Below, in pieces: positions 54,656 through 64,000 of a DNA stretch of 64,000 nt. Source of the stretch: the human T2T-CHM13v2.0 reference genome, Homo sapiens; the NCBI RefSeq assembly GCF_009914755.1, contig NC_060929.1. One strand, given 5' to 3'. Numbering within the stretch: position 1 is the stretch's first letter; every line of letters starts with the position of its first letter. The position numbers and the translations under genes are program-made. The notes below the pieces were generated by a model. That model was not told where the DNA came from and did no database searches. It saw only the letters and a program-made list of their open reading frames with translations.

Positions 54656-54892
54656 TGAGTAGCTAGTATTACAGGCGCCCACCACCACGCCTGGCTAATT
54701 TTTGTATTTTTAGTAGAGACGGGGTTTCACCATGTTGGTCAGGCTGATCTTGAACTCCTGACCTCAAGCAATCCACCTGCCTTGGCCTCCCAAAGTGCTG
54801 TTGGGTTACAGACATGAGCCTCTGTGCCCAGCCCTTGTTTTTTTGTTTTTTGTTTTTTTAAGGCGAGAAGGGCATATGTGTTTTAAAAATGA

Positions 54893-55150
<258 letters not shown>

Positions 55151-56789
55151 TAGACCCTTTTTTTTCTAGCAAGGCTTTGTGGATTGCTAGATTCTCTTGC
55201 AATTGTCATAGCTCCTTAGTTTTTGTTTGGATTCATTACGTCTTCATGGAATAAGGGTTTATGTCCTTTTTACTTAAATTCATAAAATAAAATAAAAATT
55301 AAAATAGGAGGAGGAAGAGTTAGGTACCCTTAGTAGTTTAAAGATTTGCTTCATTAACCCTTCTTTAGAGGGCCAGGGCTTTTTTGAAAAGCATGTTCCT
55401 TTTATCACAGTGGTTCTGAGGATGAGTTATTATTATTCTCTGCCCTAGCCAAATTTGTGAAGAAGTTGGAGCAATTGGATGAAAATGGTGGATATTCTTT
55501 CGGTCATTAACTTAATAAAAAGCTTACTGAAAGAAGGAGATAAGAGCCTGGACTCAGATATTAAGGGAATATTTTTCCCTGCAAATAAATGAATGAACAA
55601 ATGCTAATACTTTACATGAAAAATAGCATGAAGCCTTATTTTGAAATATGTTTAAAAGTAAACATGAAGTATTCATAGCAGAGATTTCTGAAATTTAGGG
55701 CTGGGGCTTTCGGGAGCTCTGTAGTGTGGGCCTTCCCTAGCTCTGCATCAAGGAGCTGGAGGCCATGATGGGTTGTGAGATGATACTAGAGGAAGGCATG
55801 GTCTGGGAGCGTGCAGGCGGCAGTGGGATGGATGTCACATCTTGAAACATATGTTCAGGGCCTGCTAAAAGTAGTTTTGAAAATTAGTCTTTTCTCACCA
55901 CAGTTATTAAAACTATCTTGCATGTGGATGAATATGTAATTTGGATGAGTGAAGGAGCACTAATGAGCACCAACAGTTTTAATGCTAAAGAGAATAGGCT
56001 CTAAGGTCTCTTTGTAGCCTTTTTTTTTTTTTTTTTGAGTCTTGCTCTGTTGCCCAGGTCGGAGTGCAGTGGCATGATCTTGGCTCCTCCACCTCTTGGG
56101 TTCAAGAGATTTTCCTGCCTCAGCCTCCTGAGTAGCTGGGATTACAGGTGCACGCAAGCACGCCTGCTGATTTTTGTATTTTTACACAGGGCTTCACCAT
56201 GTTGGCCAGGCTGGTCTCCAACTCCTGACCTCAGGTGATCCACCCGCCTTGGCCTCCTAAAGTGCTGGGATTACAGGCATGGGCCACCATGCCCAGCCCC
56301 ACTGACCCTTTTTTTGAGCCCCTTATGCTTTCATGTATGAGAGCTGAATGTGGGCAGAAGTGGGACAGATGCAGAAGGAAAATGACAGATTTTCTTCTGT
56401 TTCTAAGCTTATGTGTCTATTTTAAAAGCTTGAAGTAATCCAATACTTGATGTTTAAAAATTGTGATTATGACAGCTAGATAGTGCTGTAAATTTGAAAG
56501 ACCCACCTTATCTAGCGGTGAATTTGACCATTTAATTTGGTTCATACCCTGTTCTTCCAGTTCTGTCCTCTTTAAAGTCAAGTACCTTACTAATTAACTC
56601 ATTGTTGAAGTTACTGTTTGACAAAATGACAGAATCGTGTTTTCTTTTTATAGTAGGAAAACCTGAAATGTGGGAAGATGACCATAAAGCGGTCTTAGTT
56701 TAACTGCCTGTATGGATTAATTTATTTGATTATTCCACAACTTTCTTTATCTTTGAAGTAACACCCCTCACCCTCCTTTCTGTGTGTAG

Positions 56790-56921
<132 letters not shown>

Positions 56922-58229
56922 TAACTTCATTGTGTTAACTAACAAAGTAACTCAAAAAGTTTTTTGGCTAAAAGAGAAGCATTTTAGAAATGGCCGTTAA
57001 AGTACTTTTTATATTATTAGGGCATTACAAGTGCTATAAAAGATTTTTAAAATTCTGTCTTATTGAGAGTAGTGAAGAATGGACCTTTGAATTATTTTTA
57101 TCTTGTCTATTCCAGTAGATATAAAAGCTATCTCTAGGCTGATACTTATAGCCCAGTGTCATTCAGGAGACACTGCTTGGCATAAAGAACTGTTAAGAAT
57201 TTAGCATTAACATATGCCTAAAACAGCAATCTCTAGCCTTGGGTGAGCTTCAGAATCATTTGGGTAGTATTTTGGTGTTCAGGCCCTACTTCACCCTTTG
57301 CTATCTTTAGGGTTGGGGTAGGAGCCTAGGTTTTGAATAAAAGTCCTTAGATTATAGGCACCCTTGTAAATTTTCACTAATTGGCATTCTGTGTCTTGAT
57401 TTCTAAATGGCTCTCTATTGGTATGTTCTGAAATACTACATCTTTAATAGTTACTGAATTATTATTAGCTTACTTTTTAGAGAAGTATGTTTCATTGAGT
57501 AATCAAAGATTCTTTTGCTTTTACTTAGTAGGTAGATTTAGCTAACAATAAAATATGTTAACTTTGATACAGATTTCAAAGAAGTCACTCTTTTCATCCT
57601 AAAAGAATGTAGAGGTGACTGTCTCTTTCCTTTTATATATTCTTTAAAAAATATTAAACGCATGTTTTAAATGTGTTTATAATTTTATGTTGATACAAAC
57701 CTTACTGTTGAAGATCAAAGGCTCAGACTTCTCTTTAAAAAGGTGTATTCAGAGAGCATGATGCCACTTTGTGAAAATATCAAATGCTAATTTGGTAATA
57801 ATGGGTAAAAATGGGATCAACTATCCTAACTACAATATCCTTTCTTCTCGTTAGTAATTACTATAGTGAGAAAAAATTGCTCACTATAGCAATTGCTATT
57901 ATATGTCTTATGGAAGCTGTATAATGTGGTAAAAAGAATCTGACATTTTAGTTCAGAGGATTCAGAATTGAGTGTGCTCTCTATCTCAGAAGTAATATGG
58001 AAGCCTTATGCCAATCATGTGCTTTTTCTACTGGGTATACTACCTCAGGGACTAAATACATGGATTCTAGAGATCTAGTGGATAACTCAATTATCATATA
58101 AAATAATGTGATACTTTTTTCCCTTCAGTTACTGGCATTAAATGTGATAAGCAGCTCTTTGGAACATGGTAGTAATAAGTGATCTTTCTGTAAAATTGCA
58201 GAGGCAAAAGCAAAGATCAGTTTAAAACT

Positions 58230-58530
58230 CTAGAATAGAAATATGAGAACCACATGTGTAATTTTAAATTTTCTTATAGCCGCATTAAAGTAAAAAAGAA
58301 AGACATGAATTTTAGAACTATATTTTATGAAACCCAATATATCCAAAATATTGCTTTAACATGTGATCAGTCTAAAAAGTCAGATATTTTTACATTCTTT
58401 TTTTTTTATGTTTAGCTAAGTCTTCAAAATCTAGTGTGTATTTTACCCTTACAGCACATTCATTTCAGACTAGCCATATTTTAAGTGCTAACAAGCCACA
58501 TTTTGCTGCGGTATTGAATGACATGGCTAT
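58230..58530 (-). mobile_element. MER33-like hAT-Charlie element
   Basis: CTAAGTCTTCAAAATCTAGTGTGTATTTTAC.CTTACAGCACAT...GACTAGCCATATTT.AAGTGCT. Confidence 0.8.
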
Positions 58531-59906
58531 AGGACATATTAGTTTTAGGTTAAGTTAGCCAGCAAGGATACTGACATTTTATGATGATGATTACTAACAT
58601 AAATCAACTATGTAATTACATATAGGCTAGTGAGAAATATTGCTTACAATTAGGGAAACACTAACATTCCACATAGTCTGAATGTTGGACCAGATTCAGT
58701 TCTTTTTTTCAGTTTAATCCCAGTTAATATCTTGTGCCCTTTTCCATTTGTAATGCTGATGAAAGATCTGGATGCTTCAGGGGAACATCTCAAAAGTAAG
58801 GGCTCTCTCCTAATCAGTAATTCATAGATTTTTTTTTTCCTGTTTCCACCCCACCCCCCCACCCTTTCTTTTTTTTGATAGAGACAGGATTTCACCATGT
58901 TGCCCAGGCTGGTTTTAAACTCCTTAGCTCAAGTGATCTGCCCGCCTCGGCCTCCCAAAGTGCTGTGATTACAGGCTGGAGCCACTACACCTGGCCCCCA
59001 TTTTGAAATAATACTTGGCTTTGCCATCTTCAGCTTTCCTTTTGCAGTCATAAAGTCTTTTATATTCTATAACAATGTATGGATTACAAACTTTTCTGTT
59101 TCTATTTGTTTTTAAATGATCTTTCTAAGAGATCAGGGCTAGTAGTATCCCTGTAGCTAAAGGCATTGAGTTTCCTAGAGGTGTAGTGATTTGTCCAGAA
59201 TTCAAACCTAGGCTTTCTGACTGCCAGGTGTTCTTCACTCTATCCATTCTCTTTTGCCAGTAGATATATAAAAAGAATTTCATGCTCATGAGAAGGGAAA
59301 TATAATTATTTCTTTGACCTATTTCAATAGCAATTATATTTTCCCTTGAACAGCGAGTGATTTATACATTTCCAGCATTCTTTTTGGAGCGCAGTCTCAG
59401 ATACTCTAGGGTATTGTGACATTGTCTGTTTGGAGACGTACCAGTTTCCATAAGATTATTCTAGATAGGCTCTCTGCTGCAGAAGGTCTCTTTAGTTCTT
59501 GCTGTAGGCAGCCAGAGAACATTATTAGAGGGAGTCACAGAAGGCTCTAACATGGAAGGATGGCCTATAAAACCCACAGAGTCATAGAACGCTGAGGCTA
59601 CCATTCACTGAGTTAGCCAGCCACTGAATGTGGGTTATCACTTGCTCTTTTCAATAATGGCACCTGTTACAGGTGCCATTTCTACCCTGTTTTATGGATG
59701 ACTAAAGTAAGGTAACTTGCTCAGGGTCAGCTGGTGTGTAAAGGAACTAGGATGTGAGTGTAGGCAGTTTTACTTCAGGGTCTTATATATTATCATCTTC
59801 ACTTATCAGATGGGGAAGCTGAGGCCTTGAGAAGCTCTGTGAGTTCTCCTGGCCACATAGCTGTGTATAGCACTCTGTAGCTGGGGCATAGTTCTCAGAC
59901 TTTTAG

Positions 59907-60158
<252 letters not shown>

Positions 60159-60329
60159 TAAAGTTCACTGTGCAAGTATAATCAAGATCAGATTGAAACG
60201 TGCAATAACCGATTGCATAAACAGACCAAAGCTGCTAAGTTAATTGAACTGAAGCTGTCTTTAAGTTTTAGGAATAAATAGGAGTGTATTATAGAGTACT
60301 GATTATTAGCACAGGCTCCAGAACAGATT

Positions 60330-60540
60330 TTCTGTGTCCTGTTTCTGTTTTCACTGCACATTAGCTTTGTGACTTTGGGCAAGTTACTTCACCTCTCTTA
60401 GATTTGTCATTTAAAAATGGATATTAATGACACAATATCCATGAGCTAATAATAAGAATGAGACAGTACTTGGGAAATGCTTGGAATAGTATCTGGCATA
60501 GTACCTTTATCTAGTAAATGCTTAAATTATTAACCTTGTT
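60330..60540 (+). mobile_element. MIR
   Basis: MIR core GTGACTTTGGGCAAGTTACTTCACCTCTC...TAAAAATGG. Confidence 0.75.
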
Positions 60541-61386
60541 ACTAGCTCTCAGAATGTTCATGAAACTGTGAGTTTGAAGATTGTGGAGTGTACATCTTCT
60601 TGGAGTGTGTGTTTTCAGTGTGTCAGTCTTAGAATCCTTGTCAAAGTACCTTACCTTCCCCATTGCCACATAAAGACACTGCATATACCCCTACCAATAC
60701 TAGTCTTAGAAATACTACTTCCTAATAAAGCAGCTACAGTGTGCTTTGAAGCTAGTAAAACATGGCTTCCTCCTTGTCTTTCCCTAGCGAATCACCTTAT
60801 CCAGGTGCTGTACCACGCATCACTGAGCCTCTGTTTAGAATTTGAGTCCCTCCTTTGTTGCTATTGCCATAAGCATGTTAATGGAGCTTTTGTTGTGAGT
60901 TCAGCATGGTTTGTTCTTCTCATTTTCCTTTTAGTTGTAATACTGCTTTTTCATCCTTTGCCTACCAGGAGAGCTGTAAGTTGGCTTGCAAGGAAGCCAT
61001 TGGTCATAACCTTGTTCTGACATGCTTACTGATTCTGACCTTTTCACCCAGTTTCCAGGCTGGCAGGCTCTGCTGTTTGTACCTTACAACCTGACTGGGT
61101 ATGCATTTCAGTCTGAGTGGTGCTGAAAGGAGATATATAGGGGGAATGTTAGGCTGGCAAACCTGGTAGGGAAGCTAACCATATTTACAAGTGCAGGGCT
61201 ATTCATTTATTTGGAAAATCCTGAGTATCTGCTGTATGCCAGCCACTTTGTGTTAGGAATAAGCAGGAAAAAAGCCATACGTGGTTTCTGGCATCATGGA
61301 GCCCACATTGTAAAGAGAGTAAGGGAGCCAGGGAATAAGATAAAGTGATTTTCTGATAAAGGTAATAAAGATAAACTGTGGTATCA

Positions 61387-61670
61387 GGCCCAGCGCAGTG
61401 GCTCATGCCTGTAATCCCAGCACTTTGGGAGGCCGAAGGTGGGTGGACCACCTGAGGTCAGGAGTTAGAGACCAGCGTGGCCAACATGGTGAAACCCCGT
61501 CTCTACTAAAAACACAAGAATTAGCCGGGCATGGTGGCACGTGCCTGTAGTCCAGGCTACTCAGGAAGCTGAGGCAGGAGAATTGCTTGAACTCGGGATG
61601 AGCTGAGATTGCGCCATTGCACTCCAGCCTGGGCGACAGAGCAAGACTGTGTCTCAAATAAATAAATAAA
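61387..61670 (+). mobile_element. Alu within an L2 remnant
   Basis: Alu dimer with (AATA)n tail. Confidence 0.88.
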
Positions 61671-62510
61671 GTTACAGGACTCGCTGAGTAAAGTTTGTCA
61701 GGAGAGGGTCCAGAATTGAGCCCTAGAAAATATTGACATTAGGAATAAGAGCAAAGGAAGTAGAAGATGCAGCCAGTGAAGTCAGAGGAAAATGGTGTGT
61801 GATGTCAGGAAAGCCAAGGGAGGAAAGTATCTGTGAAAGGAGTGGTCAGCGGGTCAAATCACACCGTCCCCTTAGGGGTTTTTTGTCTGCTCCCATAGTG
61901 CCACGGGCAGGCCTCTAACCTGCGTGGTGCTCATCACATTGTTCTCACTCACTAGAGGAAGCACACTGAGGGCAAGGGCCTGTTCTGGTAGATCCTGGTA
62001 TCATGCTTGGCACATAACAGGAATTCAGGAAGCATTTACTGGATGCATTTTTTAAAAAAAAATCAGACATGGACCTTGACTTACGTTCAGAGAAATAAAG
62101 CAATAGCAGCATTCATTATAAGAGTCTGAGGTGCCTGGATAAAAAGTTCTGTTCATGGCCATCTTCCTGTCTATCCCTCACTGTAACCATGTCTCTTGTG
62201 AAACATTGTTAAGAGTGGTGATTGGCTCAGATAAGACTGAAAAGCACTGTTATAAGGGGTACAAGGCAGATTAAATGGACTTTCGTGAGCCATGGAATCT
62301 AGTCATTATTTATGTCATTTTTTTTTTCTCTGTGAAAGTGTGTTCCAAGTTAGAAACAATGTTATAGGAGGATATTTGGAATGGAGCAGTAGGTTTAAAT
62401 GCCCCAAAAAATAGATACAGTGACATGAACAAAGTAGTAGATATTATGACATGGGATGCATCTTCAGACAGTATTACTAGTATTACTGATGACATATTAG
62501 TAAAGCTAAC

Positions 62511-63687
62511 TGAAGCTTAGCTCCATTTCATAACTCAAACATTGAATAGTAGATTATTTGATTGATTGATTGGTTGGTTGGTCCATTCTTTTTTTTTTTT
62601 TTGGTGAAGGAGTTTCACTCTGTTGCCCAGGCTGGAGTGGAGTGGCATAGCACGATCTCGGCTCACTGCAACCTCCGCCTCCTGCCTCAGCCTCCTGAGT
62701 AGCTGGAACTACAGGTGCGTGCCAACACACCTGGCTAATTTTTATATTTTTAGTAGAGATGGGGTTTTACCATATTGGCCAGGATGGTCTCAATCTCTTG
62801 ACCTTGTGATCCGTCACCTCGGCCTCCCAAAGTGCTGGGATTACAGGTGTGAGCCACCATGCCCGGCCAAGGTTGGTCCATTCTTTTAACAAACTTCTAA
62901 TACCTTCAGCTTGCGAGGCTCTGTTTTAAGTGAGTTCTGTCAGAAATGAGGAGAGAAAGTATTATGAATACAGGTCTTATTTCACTAGACAGTTACTTTT
63001 GGCATTTATTCATTTAATTCGATAAGACCATATTTGTCAGTAGGGACCAGACCACATTAGGAACAATCTATAAACAATCCCCGCCATAAAGACCAGTTTG
63101 CAGTAAGATTGTTGGTAACTGGCTTAGTCAGTTTTGTTTCTTATGTTTTTTTTTTTCTTCTTGCTGGGGCATTGGAAATGTCAGAAAACCCAATTAAACT
63201 GGCTTAGAAATAATGGAAATTTTTTGGGCTCACATAATAAAAAATTTAAATAGTGGACCTAATCCAGTGGCTCACAGCATGTCCCCGGGGATCTGTCTGT
63301 TGTTTCTCTTCTGGTTGCCTCCCTTGGGGACGCAGGATAGCTGCTGGCTGCTCCCAGAGGTACGTCTTTTCTATTTGCTTTTTGTGGGAAGGTGATCTTT
63401 CAAAAAAGTGCTCTTTATGGTGGAGTTTATAGATTGTTGCTAACGTGGTCCGGTACTACTGACAGATAAACATGGTCTTACCCAATTAAATGAATACATA
63501 CCAAAAGTAACTGTCTAATGAAATAAGACCTGTATTCATACCACTTTCTCTCCTCGTTCCTGACAGAACTCTCTCAGAACAGCCTAGCAAGCAGAAGGCA
63601 GTAGAAGTTTGTTAAAAGAATGGACAATCCAGCCCACCAAATAATCTGATATTGAGTGTTTGAATTATGGAGGGAAGCTAAACTTCA
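62511..63687. repeat. Long non-Alu inverted repeat (arms 62511-63110 minus the Alu, and 63394-63687)
   Basis: 62876-62899 is the exact reverse complement of 63602-63625, and 62963-62984 of 63519-63540. Alignment is colinear throughout. Confidence 0.95.
62589..62868 (-). mobile_element. Alu inserted in left arm of the inverted duplication
   Basis: TSD GGTTGGTCCATTCTTT at 62576 and 62871. Confidence 0.92.
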
Positions 63688-63950
63688 TCCCCTGTGAGGC
63701 ACCCATCCTGGGCTTCACTCACACTGGACTAGGGTGGGTCACGTGCCCACCTCTAAACCAGTTCCTGGAGTTGGGAGGGCGGAATTAGAGCTCAAGACTT
63801 CTTCCTCCCCTCTACAGCCACATTGCACTGGGCTCCTTGTGACACACGTGTGCTCCATGGGGGGTGTGTACCCAGGTAAACCTAGGGGCTCTTATTCAGG
63901 AGGGAAGGGGCACTGGGTGGTTAAAAACAGCGATTGTCACCATGGCAAAA
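63170..63950. mobile_element. Old MLT1(J/K-like) LTR split by the right arm of the inverted repeat
   Basis: CAGAAAACCCAATTAAACTGGCTTA...GGCTCACATAA (63183-63240) and GGTCACGTGCCCACCTCTAAACCA (63737-63760) appear in the same orientation. Confidence 0.55.
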
Positions 63951-64000
63951 ACAAGATGTTTTTTATGAGGGAAATAAAAAATAAAGCAGTCCTTCCAAAC

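Noticed and set aside
57880-57889. CTCACTATAG resembling a T7 promoter
   Set aside because: Only 10 nt match and the flanks differ; not vector contamination.
60568-61020. 150-aa hydrophobic ORF in intron 9
   Set aside because: GTG start, T-rich composition, no domain and no supporting splice structure.

Overview
Primate, almost certainly human, genomic DNA spanning the promoter and exons 1-9 of LMNB1 (lamin B1) on the + strand. Nine GT-AG-bounded coding exons (359+157+126+171+126+221+226+105+120 = 1611 nt, 537 codons) join into one open frame matching lamin B1 head, rod, NLS and most of the Ig-fold. The last exons, including the CaaX box, lie beyond the window. A CpG-island promoter at about 10.5-12.5 kb carries E2F, CHR, CCAAT, E-box and D-box-like motifs. 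The rest is very Alu-dense intronic and upstream DNA with older L1, L2, MIR, LTR and DNA-transposon fragments. Almost all ORFs in the supplied track are Alu artefacts. I cannot support a new protein-coding system. The most unusual structure is a ~300-bp non-Alu inverted duplication in intron 9 (62511-63110 vs 63394-63687) that should fold the pre-mRNA into a long hairpin. Next are decoy splice acceptors that would introduce premature stops before exons 2 and 5, and stop+AATAAA cassettes right after exons 6 and 7. Together these could form a post-transcriptional dosage-control layer on a dosage-sensitive gene, but that is inference. Several palindromic micro-rearrangements that look like template-switch products are also visible. 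Repeat family names are from memory of consensus sequences, and repeat boundaries are approximate.
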